Origin: Candidatus Bathyarchaeota archaeon | GTDB taxonomy: Archaea > Thermoproteota > Bathyarchaeia > Bathyarchaeales > Bathycorpusculaceae | Length of the DNA stretch: 64,000 nucleotides | Direction: 5' to 3' | Assembly: GCA_963833575.1 (NCBI GenBank) | Contig: CAWHXY010000007.1 | Location: 416,001-480,000, forward strand | Shown here: positions 48,305 to 58,648 of the stretch, piece by piece | Position numbering within the stretch: position 1 is the first letter of the stretch | How the letters are laid out: the number at the start of each line of letters is the position of its first letter | Notes under the pieces: model-generated | What the model saw: only the letters and a program-made list of their open reading frames with translations | What the model was told of the DNA's origin: nothing | The model's database searches: none | Made by a program: the position numbers and the translations under genes

Positions 48305-50926
48305 CTATGGTCTTTTTCTGAGCATCAGTAATGCCAGTATTGCGAATCCAATTATGATGAGGACAATTATGGCTACTACTGAGGGAATGAAGTATAGGTC
48401 AGCTGTGGATGGTGCTGGGGTTGGAGCTGGCGATGCTGTTGGTGCTGCATTTGCAACGTTGAATGATGTTTCAGCGGCAGATGGATAATATGATTCGGAG
48501 CCTGCGAATTTAGCGTAGACGGTGTAGTCGCCAGATATGTTCGGAGTCCATGTGAAGGTGAACATGCCGCTGCCGTCGCTTGTGGTGGTGCCTATTTGTC
48601 TGTAGTTGCCGTTTGCGTCAAGAACGTAGATGCTGACTGGAACACCTGTCACGTTTGTTGGGCATTGCTGTTGCATGTATACGTATTCCATCCAGCCACT
48701 TTGGCTTGCGTCAGAAACAGCTGGGACACCGCTGGGGAAGTTTGCGGCTTGCGCTTGTTGTTGGGTGCCGGCAGAGATGTCGGTTACTGTACCTCGTATC
48801 ACCATTGATGAACCAAACGGTTGAGCTTCGACGGTCATAGCGCTGGGTCCTTTGCCATAGGCGTATAGTTGGTTGTCATATGCATTAAGAGCTATCATTG
48901 TGCCATCTACAATGGGAGCCGCGTTGGTAACGTCAAATCCTAGTATCTCCCAGATTAACGATCCATCAGTAATGTTTATGGCCAGTTGCTGTGCGCCGCG
49001 GAATAATGGTGGACTGTACTCATGACCTACGTTGAGGAAATAAACTCCATCAGCAATGGATCCTCCGCTAAAGACCCAGAGAGGCCACACACCGTAAGGA
49101 GTATCAGATCCCGCTTCGCCAATGAGAGTGTTAGTGTTTGTGTACCAGTTTTCTTTTCCAGTATTTACGTCCACAGACCATATGTCGCCTCCGAAGCCTA
49201 TGATGTATAGTGTTCCATTAGCAAGTTCAGTCTGGTAGCCGCCGATGCTGTCGTAAGGATCCGGCACAGGGTAATTCCCATTATCACCAGTGAGGGCTAC
49301 TGGACCCCATACCAAAGATCCAGTATTCAAACTGTAAGCTCTGATTGTTCCCAAGTCTGCATCAAGTCTAACGTAGACGCCGTATCCAACTTTGGTGATT
49401 TGGTCTCTTGCGAAGGCATTTAGCGTTCGATTAGTTATCCATAGCTGTGCACCTGTGTTTGCATTGAAACCTGCTTCGATTCCAAAGCCAGTATTGAAGG
49501 TTCCTGACACGTCCGGAGCAGGAACCGCTGTCATTAGCACTACGCCGCTGTTGACACTGTTAATGGCGAGAGTCTGTGGCAGAGGAACATTTGAAAGGCT
49601 GGTAGGTAACGGTACTGTCCAAACTATTCCACGTTTGAAGTCAATGACTTGGTTTTGTAGAGGTCTCCAATTCCAGTTTGCCACGGTAATTCCTGGCACG
49701 AATTGGCTGGTGGGGTAAAGAATTGCTTGTGTCGAGTTCCACATGTTCAGTGTTGGGGCGGTTGGAATAGTTGAGTTGACATAGTAACCTATCAAATTCC
49801 CGCTGGCATCCTCTGTAAGTGTCATTGCAGAACCGTTTACAATGCTTAGGATGAAGTTTCCCGTTTGGGCATCATACATATTCCAAACAGCGCCATTCAC
49901 ACTGGGACCAGTGCCGAGGTTAAAGGCGTTTATCAGCAGGGGGTTGCTCCATAAGTATGCAAGAGAGCCGTATTGGTTGGGGTTCACCATTTGGAGAAGT
50001 TGCCCGCATCTTAAAATGTCGGTTGTATTCTTTGTCCATAGTGTTTGTCCCGTGCGTATGTCTACTGCAACCCAGCCGCCTGGAGTAGTGTAGGAATTTG
50101 GGTATGTTACGTAATACATGACGCCGTTTATGATAATTGGCGCCCATTTTGGCTCATACTGCGATGTTGAATAATAGTTGCTTGTGTCAGTTCCGCCGAA
50201 TTCTCCGCCAACTAAACCTCCAAACGCTACCGGCTTTGTCCACAAGATGTGGGCGGCTTTTGGCGCTTGAGAGTATGGATTATAGTCTCCGGTGATGTTG
50301 TATTTTCCAGTGTTTGCAAATGATGATGCGCCGAACCCAAGCCAGTTACCCATAATAGTAGACCACAGCACGTTTCCCGATTGCACTGGACGAGTCCAGT
50401 AGCTTGTTGGAAGCGGATTTAACGGAAGAAGTGGAACTGGGTTCTGTTGCACTGTAAGATATGCTACTTCGCTAGTGGAAGCCAGAAAAGAGTCATTAAC
50501 ATATGGACTGGCTCCTCCTCCATTTTCGCCTGTTAATATTTGACTGGGAAAGTTGAACACGAAAGAGTAGTTGCCTAGTTGGCTTGGCGTGTAAAGCGTG
50601 AATGTTCCACCTGTATCGTCCGATGTGAATGGTCCTAGTGTTTCTGTGGTTCCGTCAGGATGTGTAACTGTCACCATAAAGTTGTGCCATCTGTCTCCCG
50701 TTGCTGCGCTGGCTGAGGGCGGGGGTATTTGTAGCCACATGCCTATTGTGACTTGTTGACCGAGACCTGCAGGGTTAGGTGCAACGTTAACGAAGGCTTG
50801 CGTTGGAATCTGCCATGCTGGCGTATGTGCATTAGTAGTTGGCATTAATGTCATTGAAGCTGCCATTGAAATTGTTAAGAGTAAAGCAATCATAATAGCT
50901 GCTATTTTATTTTTTATAATTGTCAT
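48305..50926 (-). CDS. Membrane-anchored PQQ-like beta-propeller surface protein, paralog 1
   Basis: Signal peptide, PNPAGLGQ Ig-like domain, repeated 'D..TG…W' propeller blades, GHEYSPPLF, C-terminal Ig domain, TM and RKRP. Confidence 0.85.
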   Translation of the reverse strand: MTIIKNKIAAIMIALLLTISMAASMTLMPTTNAHTPAWQIPTQAFVNVAPNPAGLGQQVTIGMWLQIPPPSASAATGDRWHNFMVTVTHPDGTTETLGPFTSDDTGGTFTLYTPSQLGNYSFVFNFPSQILTGENGGGASPYVNDSFLASTSEVAYLTVQQNPVPLLPLNPLPTSYWTRPVQSGNVLWSTIMGNWLGFGASSFANTGKYNITGDYNPYSQAPKAAHILWTKPVAFGGLVGGEFGGTDTSNYYSTSQYEPKWAPIIINGVMYYVTYPNSYTTPGGWVAVDIRTGQTLWTKNTTDILRCGQLLQMVNPNQYGSLAYLWSNPLLINAFNLGTGPSVNGAVWNMYDAQTGNFILSIVNGSAMTLTEDASGNLIGYYVNSTIPTAPTLNMWNSTQAILYPTSQFVPGITVANWNWRPLQNQVIDFKRGIVWTVPLPTSLSNVPLPQTLAINSVNSGVVLMTAVPAPDVSGTFNTGFGIEAGFNANTGAQLWITNRTLNAFARDQITKVGYGVYVRLDADLGTIRAYSLNTGSLVWGPVALTGDNGNYPVPDPYDSIGGYQTELANGTLYIIGFGGDIWSVDVNTGKENWYTNTNTLIGEAGSDTPYGVWPLWVFSGGSIADGVYFLNVGHEYSPPLFRGAQQLAINITDGSLIWEILGFDVTNAAPIVDGTMIALNAYDNQLYAYGKGPSAMTVEAQPFGSSMVIRGTVTDISAGTQQQAQAANFPSGVPAVSDASQSGWMEYVYMQQQCPTNVTGVPVSIYVLDANGNYRQIGTTTSDGSGMFTFTWTPNISGDYTVYAKFAGSESYYPSAAETSFNVANAAPTASPAPTPAPSTADLYFIPSVVAIIVLIIIGFAILALLMLRKRP

Positions 50927-51118
50927 TTTTCTTTTCTCCTTTTCTTTCTGCTAACAATTTATGCGGGCGAAGTCAATTTAAGACCTGCGATAGAACAACA
51001 AAAATGTCTGACAAAGAAAACAAAAAGCAGCAGAATAGTCAATATTGTACGAAAAAAGACAACAAATATAAAACAGAAAAACACTTAAATGACACTTCAC
51101 TAACAAAATCACGAATGG

Positions 51119-52105
51119 TTGTTCTCAACGAAAGAAATTGATCATATTGATGCAATAATCATAAAGGAACTACTAAAAGACGGCCGAAGAAACTTCACTG
51201 AAATTGCAGAAGAATGCAACCTATCAAAAAGTATGATACAGAAACGGTACAGAGAACTAAAAAGCGCAGGCATAATTGTTGGCGCCACGGTTCAACTGGA
51301 TTACCCAAGTTTTGGCTTCAATGTAGTGGGAAACATTTTGTTCAAAGTCGAGCCTCAGCAAGCGGACCAGATCGTAGAGTACGTGAACAAAATGCCAAAC
51401 ATCCATGCCGCTTGGCGAACAGCCAGAACAAACGAAATAAATGCTGTAGCAGTAATGGAAGACCTTGAAAAGTTAGACAAAATCAAAGAAAGCATTAGAA
51501 AAATACCGCCAGCTTCGGAACTAAGAACGTATATTTGGACAGGCATAAGAAACATTAGAGAAAACTTGGCGATAACACCTCTGCAAATGCCGAACAAAAT
51601 GGACATAACAAACGAACATGTAACGAATAAGTCCAAAAGCACGGAAAGCAAAATTGACGAAACTGATAAGCGCATAATTGAGAAGCTTGCGGTTAATGGT
51701 AGAATATCTTTTAGGAAACTGGCGAAAGAACTGGCGATATCCACTGATACAGTTGCAAGAAGATATGAAAAACTGAAAAGAAATGGCATAATTAAGGTTT
51801 TAGTTCAAGTGGATACATCAAAGATTGGGTACAATGGTTACGCTACTTTCTATATTGCATTTCTACCTCAAAGCAGCTTGATTTCAATGGTAGAGAATCT
51901 TTGCAAAATCCCGGATGTAGTTTTGATTGTTCAGACCAGTGGAAGTTTTGACCTCTTGGTGGAAGCAATGATAAAAGATCTTGATCAATTATTATCGGTC
52001 CAAGATAGCATCACAAACATGCCTGGCGTCGCAAGGAGTGAAATGCATTTAAGTAGAACTAATGCCGTTTTTCCCACTCCCCGCGAGTATATATCAACAT
52101 TCTAA
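51119..52105 (+). CDS. Tandem (double) Lrp/AsnC transcriptional regulator
   Basis: Two HTH plus RAM units (IDHIDAIIIKELLKDGR…; IDETDKRIIEKLAVNGR…); divergent from paralog 1. Confidence 0.9.
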   Translation: MFSTKEIDHIDAIIIKELLKDGRRNFTEIAEECNLSKSMIQKRYRELKSAGIIVGATVQLDYPSFGFNVVGNILFKVEPQQADQIVEYVNKMPNIHAAWRTARTNEINAVAVMEDLEKLDKIKESIRKIPPASELRTYIWTGIRNIRENLAITPLQMPNKMDITNEHVTNKSKSTESKIDETDKRIIEKLAVNGRISFRKLAKELAISTDTVARRYEKLKRNGIIKVLVQVDTSKIGYNGYATFYIAFLPQSSLISMVENLCKIPDVVLIVQTSGSFDLLVEAMIKDLDQLLSVQDSITNMPGVARSEMHLSRTNAVFPTPREYISTF

Positions 52106-52612
52106 AAGAATTGTTCACGAGTTTGGATACTCTCAAACCTTTCTTACCACGAATTACATTTCTTGACATAAAGACTTTACCCAGCAGGACAATCGTTTTT
52201 TTCCACAAACATTCGTTTGAACGCTCTTTTGTTCACTTGATTCTAATCAGGACAATGCGGGGCTGACATACGTCCCTCAATCAATTCATTTTTTGTGTAA
52301 CTTCCAGTTCAATAAATAAAATTCTTATTAACTTTGTATCAATAAGTTAAATTCAACATTAATTATTATATCATACGAGTTCTGTTTTGGCAAATCATAA
52401 ATATCGCGTGCTATTTGGGTTCCAAATAGAGAATTGAAGTGAGAGCAGCCGCAGGCACAGAACGTGTCCTTAAAGACTAATCCTCTAAAACTGCTCATAA
52501 ACTAAATTCCTCTTAAAAATTCTTTGTTTGCTAAATCCTAACTCCAAAAATAGCACCCTTTCAGTCGCCAAAGCGGCTGAACTTCACTTCCAAAATGTAT
52601 TAAAGAACGCAA

Positions 52613-53038
52613 ATGGAGGTGAAAAAAGTGAACAAAAAGGCTTTGCTTGCCTCAATCTCGGTACTCTTGGCTTCAAGCTTAATTGCGGTGCCAGTTTTGG
52701 CCTTGAGTTTGCCGTCAGATTTTACGGCAGGGGGATGGGGGTATGTTAACATTCCTGGACATATTTATTATTCAGGCGAGACCATACGAAGCGTAACAAC
52801 GACTTTGGGGACACAGGTCGTGATAACTATACCTAGTTTTCTGCCGAATGAAGCATTTTGGAGTGTTAGTTCTTATATCATATATGGCGGTGTTGAAACT
52901 ATAAAGACTGGAATTGGATATTGGGGTTACACAGGCATCCATCTTAGTCCAATAACCGTCATTGTTCACCTAAACGCACCATACCTTGTTGTTGCATACG
53001 GTTCAGGCGTCTACTTCATCGGTACCTTGCAATCTTAA
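52613..53038 (+). CDS. Secreted hypothetical protein
   Basis: NKK-hydrophobic signal peptide ending VLA; GGAGGTGA SD suggests GTG start at 52628. Confidence 0.65.
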   Translation: MEVKKVNKKALLASISVLLASSLIAVPVLALSLPSDFTAGGWGYVNIPGHIYYSGETIRSVTTTLGTQVVITIPSFLPNEAFWSVSSYIIYGGVETIKTGIGYWGYTGIHLSPITVIVHLNAPYLVVAYGSGVYFIGTLQS

Positions 53039-53169
53039 GAAAGCGCTAAAAGCATGTTTAATTCTATCTCTTTTTTAGTTTCTCTATTTAGCCTTTGAAG
53101 CTCTACACTAATCACTGCAAAGTTATAGATTAAATTACTAACAAGTAACCCTCTTTTCTCTTGTTTGCG

Positions 53170-53202
53170 AACGATCTAACGATCTAACTAACGAGCTAAC
53201 GA
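53170..53202. repeat. Short tandem repeat (AACGATCT)2-AACT-AACGAGCT-AACGA
   Basis: Directly visible in intergenic DNA. Confidence 0.7.
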
Positions 53203-53381
53203 AAGAATGCGTGGGAGAGAGTGATAAGAAGAGTGAGTCAGTAGTCGTTAGTCATGGTTATTGATAGAGAGAAAGATTAAATTTTAGTGCACACACACAC
53301 TTGTTCTTCGGTTTGTGGCTTTAGGATTCTTCAGCGGTTAAACCTAAAAGAGAAGAAAATGCAGAAAAACTAAACATGAAA

Positions 53382-53621
53382 TTAGCCTAAAGAACGGGGT
53401 TGCGGTTGACCATGCGTCCAACGCCACTGCATAGTAAAGAAAAAGAACAAAAGAACAATCGAAACCACAACGAGAAATAAACCTAATACTAAAAGGGGCA
53501 ACGCAAACAATGAATCAGCAGAAAAGTAGAGTCGGGAAATTGCTAGGGACAAGATGCCTGAGATACCGAACGGAAGAGCCATTAAGCCGTAAGTTCGTGA
53601 ATTAAACCATTTTGCGGACAT
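53382..53621 (-). CDS. Small two-TM membrane protein
   Basis: SD GAGG, two hydrophobic helices. Confidence 0.55.
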   Translation of the reverse strand: MSAKWFNSRTYGLMALPFGISGILSLAISRLYFSADSLFALPLLVLGLFLVVVSIVLLFFFFTMQWRWTHGQPQPRSLG

Positions 53622-53964
53622 TCTTATCCCTCAGTTACAGTGGGCTTTATCAGTTTAAGAGTTTTTGCTATGAAATCAACATGGACTCTGTTTTTGCACA
53701 AGTAGAATTATCTTATAATAGTGGTGCGTAAGGCGCGCGCTTGGCGATGAAAATCCCCCTGATAATATGAACTATCTCGCCCCCTACATTTGGTACAATA
53801 CTTGTATTTACAGAATAAAAAAAGAAAAGGTTTAGGAAGCCCAGATAACAAAAACTGTCAAGTTGACTTCTCAAGAATGCAAAGGTTTCCATACAAAAAA
53901 GCGAAATGCCCTTCTTAAAAAACATTATACGGTAAGCAAGTACTAGAAACTTGAAACTGTTGGG

Positions 53965-54219
53965 GTGATTTTTATAAACAGAAATCAAGAAAATATAGCA
54001 ATTGAAGATTTAGAAAATAATACTGATAAGATTTTTAGCAAAATGCCGGTTTATAGGTGTTCATGTGGAATCGAAATTTTGGTTATTCCAGATTTACATG
54101 TCATGGTAAAAGCTATAATGAAGCACTTAACGGAACATAAAAAAGTAACAGGGCAGTGCTTAACTGAGGAACTTCTGACACAGGAAATCCTAAAAATCAT
54201 AGGTGACGTCTTCGTTTGA
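53965..54219 (+). CDS. Small putative Zn-binding protein
   Basis: CSCG…HLTEH pattern. Confidence 0.6.
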   Translation: MIFINRNQENIAIEDLENNTDKIFSKMPVYRCSCGIEILVIPDLHVMVKAIMKHLTEHKKVTGQCLTEELLTQEILKIIGDVFV

Positions 54220-54245
54220 ACTCCTTTGAGTTCTTATTCTAGGAC

Positions 54246-54348
54246 AAAAAAGAAGAGCGGACTTTTTTTAATCCTTGGGAGAGAAATCATGGCATAGAAT
54301 AGGAGTGAGAAGGCTTTTTCTTTTAGGTGAGGATTAACAAAGTCCGCC
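54246..54348 (-). ncRNA. Candidate small RNA (long terminal stem, anti-SD loop)
   Basis: IR GCGGACTTT/AAAGTCCGC plus TTAATCCT/AGGATTAA; minus-strand TTTATC box 24-29 nt upstream; U6 tract downstream. Confidence 0.55.
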
Positions 54349-54792
54349 AAGATATGTTGGGTGTTTCAAAAGATAAATGGTTGTGAGTGGCTGCTTACAA
54401 CAACAAAGGAAAATAAGAATTGAGATTTATTTTTGCTTCTTATGCTCATGATGTTTCAGAAAAAAATCGCCCTTAGACTGCCCATGTGTGGTGGAAAAAC
54501 TGAATAATTAGCCAATATGAAAAAATAGAAAAATTGCTTGTAACTAACCTCTTAAGCGCGCGGGTTTAGTCATCAATTATTTCAAGCATGGGCTGACCAC
54601 AACAAGTTGGATTCTTTTGTTCATTGAAATTCTGAGATTCAGTGCAGTCGCAAGTATCATAATCAGCCTTTATCTTCTTACCGCACGTCTTGCATTGGAA
54701 TGTAGGCATAACTCATCTATTATAACTTTAGGAAACATACCAAAAAACTTTGCTATTTTTCTTAGCACGCGCTATAAATCGGGCATGTGTCG

Positions 54793-55491
54793 CTATTTGG
54801 TCGCTAAAGGGGCATGCTCTTTGTTTTTCGCCTTAATTACGAAAGCAAAGATGATTACCACACCAGTTGAGATTGCTGTCGCAATTGCAACTGAATGCTG
54901 CTGGTAGAAGGGCAACTTTGAATTATTCCCATAAGAGTTTAAAAAGTTATAGTGGATTACGCTTACATTCTCAGTAGCGCCAGTCACGGCGACCGTTCCA
55001 TCGGGCAGCAGGTTCCAGCCGTCACCTTCACTAACAACCGTGTGGTTCCCAAAAACAACAGTCCATTCAGCAGTTGAAATCGATTCTCTTTGTCCAGAGA
55101 AAAGACCAAAGTTCAAGATTTGTTCACCATGACCATCAACTTTAAATCTTAACCTTTCGCTCTGAAAGGTAGTGCCATTATTAATTAGGAAAGAGAAAAT
55201 TGTAACATTGGAGTTTTGAGTTGAAATCCTAAAATCTCTAAGCATCTGTGACCCGTTGAGTTGTAAATCAGTGAAAACCCAAGTGTTATTTTCAAAGACT
55301 GCCGTAGAATAGGAGCCATTTACTGCAAAACTAACCGCGCCATCGAGTACCGGAATATCAAATTTGTCTGCAGGACTAAAAGTCACACTTGTTTGCGCCT
55401 GCGTATTGGGAAAGACACAAAGTAATAAGAAAACAGTAATTGCGGCAACTCCACTTGTGCTCTTGATTTTGTTCACCACCAAACTCCTCAC
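54793..55491 (-). CDS. Secreted, C-terminally anchored hypothetical protein
   Basis: Signal peptide, beta-rich domain, C-terminal TM. Confidence 0.7.
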   Translation of the reverse strand: MRSLVVNKIKSTSGVAAITVFLLLCVFPNTQAQTSVTFSPADKFDIPVLDGAVSFAVNGSYSTAVFENNTWVFTDLQLNGSQMLRDFRISTQNSNVTIFSFLINNGTTFQSERLRFKVDGHGEQILNFGLFSGQRESISTAEWTVVFGNHTVVSEGDGWNLLPDGTVAVTGATENVSVIHYNFLNSYGNNSKLPFYQQHSVAIATAISTGVVIIFAFVIKAKNKEHAPLATK

Positions 55492-55507
55492 TACTTACTT
55501 TGTTAAT

Positions 55508-55619
55508 TGGTTTGCTGAGGCTCTGGAAAACTTTAAAGGAGAAAAACAAGCAAATGAAAATGCTCTATCACGAAACTATGGCAGGTATCGTGAATTTTAA
55601 CCAGAGCCTTCTCAGCCCC
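55508..55619 (-). ncRNA. Conserved bulge-helix-bulge stem element, copy 2
   Basis: Minus strand GGG-GCTG-AGA-AGGCTCTGG…74 nt…CCAGAGCCT-CAGC-AAA-CCA, 61 nt after stop of paralog 2. Confidence 0.65.
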
Positions 55620-55680
55620 ACATTTTTATCCGATACTTTCAAGACTAAAAAAGGGGAAATGGATTTTTTGGTTGTTGTTT

Positions 55681-58266
55681 TTATGGCTTCTTTCTCATTA
55701 AAAGTAATCCGACTATAGCTATTGCGATGATTATGGCTATGACGCCTACTGCTAAGTACATCATTAGGTCTGTTGGTGTTGCGTAGTTTAGGGGTGCTGG
55801 TACGGGAGTTAAGGTTGCTGAGGCCGCTTGTACGGTTACGGCAGTTTCTGCTGACGAGCCAAAGTAAGAGTTAGATCCTGCAAAGGTAGCTGTTACCATG
55901 TAGATTCCGGGTACTGTAGGTGTCCAGTCCAATGCAAATTTCCCATTCATGTCGCTGACGGTTGTGCCAATGACGTAGGTGTTGTGGTTTGAGTCAAGAA
56001 CGCTTAGAGTTACCGGGACACCTGTAGCATTCATAGGTTCAGGTTGTTGGTCGTAGAGGTAATCCATCCATGCGGTCATGCTGTCGTCGGATATTGCGGG
56101 AGTGCCTGCTGCAGGGATACCTAAGCATGTGCTACCTGATGACTGGTCCGTAACAGTACCTTGAACTAGAACTGTCGCTCCTAATGTTTGAGCATCTTGA
56201 GGCGCAGAGACTGTTGTGGCAGTTTGTCCTTGACCATAAGCGTATAACACGTTGTTGTATGCGTTCGGTTTCACGAAGATGCCATCTGCGAGGAGTGCGC
56301 TAGCTCCGTTAGAGTCATCAAAGCTTGAATCGCTCCAAACTAAGGCTCCTGTAGTGGCGTTTATTGCGTATACTTGTGCGCCTATAAACATGGGTGGACT
56401 ATATGTATGTCCTCCTGCAACGAATACTTCGCCGCCGCCGACTGCCTCAACATGTACCAAAGGCCATATACCATATGGAGTATCGTATCCTGCGCTACCT
56501 GTTGAAAATTGCCAGACCTGTTTTCCTGTGGTAATATTATATGCATGTACTTGTCCACCGAAGTCAGATGCGTATAGCATACCGTAAGCAATGATCGGTT
56601 TATAGTTGACAAAGTATGCCCAAGGCGGGCTATTGTAGGGATCTGAAGTCCAGACTGATTGTCCAGTAAGCGCGTTGTAGGCACTCCAGGTTAATGATTC
56701 GTGATTGAATTCGAACCACATTCCATTTAAAATGCCATTCGTGTCAATTCTGGCCCATGCGCCTACCGTTTCGTTTATCGGACCCCATATTTGTTGTCCT
56801 GTGATCGAACTGTAACCTGCTATTATGCGCCAAGGTGGTAGCCAGCTAAGCCCTCCGTTCAAAGTGCTGTCAACTGAAGTCATGAGGATCATGTTTGAAC
56901 CGATTGCTCCAATTCCAAGAGTTGGGCTGAATGTCACGCCAGATATGTTGGTAGCTAGTGGCATTGACCACATTATTCCTTTACGAAAGTCTATTTGTGC
57001 ACCCTGCGTTGGTCTCCATTGCCAAGCTGCTGGACCATTGGTTCCGACTAGTATACATTGCGTTGAGTTCCACATGTTAATTGTAGGTGCATGATACGCA
57101 TTCGCTGTGCTTGTGTTAACATAGTAGCCAATCAAATCGCCACTGTCATCTTCCGTGAGAGTAAAAGTTGTAGCATTAACAATACTTAGTACGTAGTCTC
57201 CAGTCATTGCGTCAAACATGCCGTAGGTAGTTCCAGTGTTTGGACTAACCGTTGGCAATGTGCTCCAGAGGTATGGGATGCCGCCGTACTGGTTTGGTGT
57301 GATGTAGTCTAATAGTTGACCGCATAATAAGGGCAGAGTAGTGTTAATGAACCATAACTGTTTTCCAGTCCTAAGGTTTAAAGCCATCCAACCTGCGGGA
57401 TTAGACGAGCTTCCAGGTGTTTCTTGGTAGTAGAGTATACCGTTTATGACAATTCCGCCAAATTTCGGTTCATATTGTGAAGTTGAATAGTAGCTGCTGC
57501 CATATTCACTGCCGCCAAATTCGCCGCCAAGTAAGCCTCCAGCTGCTAGTGGTTGTGTCCATAAGATGTGAGCACTAGTTGGAGCGGTAGTATAGGGATT
57601 GTAGTTTCCGGTGTAGTTGTATTCGCCAGTAACCATAGTAAAACCAACTGCTGCAAGGCCAAGCCAATTTCCGCTAATTGTGTACCAGTTTAGGTTCTCG
57701 CCGTAGATTGGTCGTTGCCAGTAACCTGTTGGAAGCGGAGCAGTCGACTGAGAGGGTATGGGTGCCTCTTGTACAGCGAGCGTCACTGCTGAACTCGTGC
57801 TAGGTTGATAGTAATCTCCAATCAATGTCTGTATTGCTGCAGAGTAGCCAGCTGGTGGTGGATTGCTACCTGTTAACGTTTGTCCAGAAAAGCTGAACTG
57901 GAATGTATAATTGCCCAAGACGGCAGGTGTGTAAGTTGTATGTGCTCCTCCTGTGTCATCGGATGTAAACGGTCCTAGCGTTTCAGTGGTGCCATCAGGT
58001 TTGGTAACTTTTACTATGAAATTCTGCCATCTATCACCATAAATTGTAGCCGCTGTTGGAGGTGCCTTGTCAATCCAGAAGTTAACGTAAGCAGCTTGAC
58101 CTACGCCTACAGGGTTAGGCTCGACGCTAATGTACGCCCATGTTGGAATATTAAATGGAGGTGTATGCGCGTTAGCGCTTGGTATTAACATTGTTGAAGC
58201 TGACATCGAAATAGTCATCAAAATAACAATCGTAATAGCTGCAATTCTGTTTTTTAGATTTAACAT
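55681..58266 (-). CDS. Membrane-anchored PQQ-like beta-propeller surface protein, paralog 2
   Basis: Same architecture as paralog 1 (shared KPDGTTETLGPFTSDDTGG, STSQYEPK, NQYG, YSPP); ATG 58266 behind AAGGA. Confidence 0.85.
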   Translation of the reverse strand: MLNLKNRIAAITIVILMTISMSASTMLIPSANAHTPPFNIPTWAYISVEPNPVGVGQAAYVNFWIDKAPPTAATIYGDRWQNFIVKVTKPDGTTETLGPFTSDDTGGAHTTYTPAVLGNYTFQFSFSGQTLTGSNPPPAGYSAAIQTLIGDYYQPSTSSAVTLAVQEAPIPSQSTAPLPTGYWQRPIYGENLNWYTISGNWLGLAAVGFTMVTGEYNYTGNYNPYTTAPTSAHILWTQPLAAGGLLGGEFGGSEYGSSYYSTSQYEPKFGGIVINGILYYQETPGSSSNPAGWMALNLRTGKQLWFINTTLPLLCGQLLDYITPNQYGGIPYLWSTLPTVSPNTGTTYGMFDAMTGDYVLSIVNATTFTLTEDDSGDLIGYYVNTSTANAYHAPTINMWNSTQCILVGTNGPAAWQWRPTQGAQIDFRKGIMWSMPLATNISGVTFSPTLGIGAIGSNMILMTSVDSTLNGGLSWLPPWRIIAGYSSITGQQIWGPINETVGAWARIDTNGILNGMWFEFNHESLTWSAYNALTGQSVWTSDPYNSPPWAYFVNYKPIIAYGMLYASDFGGQVHAYNITTGKQVWQFSTGSAGYDTPYGIWPLVHVEAVGGGEVFVAGGHTYSPPMFIGAQVYAINATTGALVWSDSSFDDSNGASALLADGIFVKPNAYNNVLYAYGQGQTATTVSAPQDAQTLGATVLVQGTVTDQSSGSTCLGIPAAGTPAISDDSMTAWMDYLYDQQPEPMNATGVPVTLSVLDSNHNTYVIGTTVSDMNGKFALDWTPTVPGIYMVTATFAGSNSYFGSSAETAVTVQAASATLTPVPAPLNYATPTDLMMYLAVGVIAIIIAIAIVGLLLMRKKP

Positions 58267-58648
58267 TTTTTTTCTTCCTTTCATTTTTGGTTGTAAGAAG
58301 CATTTGTATCTGCGTTCTTCCAACTAAACAATCATCTTGTTAGAGTAAAGCTTAAATGATTTGCTTATCTCTAAACCTAGAAAAAAACTTAAAAAAATGT
58401 CCAGAGCTAAGATAATAAGAAAAATTTTGAATTATTACAAAGCAAATCGTTTAAAAAAACGCGCAGTAAAATTTTCTTGATTATCAATCAAAGATTATTT
58501 TAAGCTCTCACTCATAGAGTTGACTGGAGATAACCCATGAAAAGGCAAATTAACCTTTTCGGGGGCAACACAATTTATCTGAAGCATCGCCCGCAGAGCT
58601 GAATATGTTGCAATAGTTTTTTTGATTTGAAAATATGGTATGAATTTT

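Noticed and set aside
55500-55718. Plus-strand ORFs crossing the BHB elements (48150..48488, 55500..55718) as real peptides
   Set aside because: Frame and length are not conserved among copies (copy 3 gives only MQMLYLPNT-stop); conservation follows base pairing, not codons
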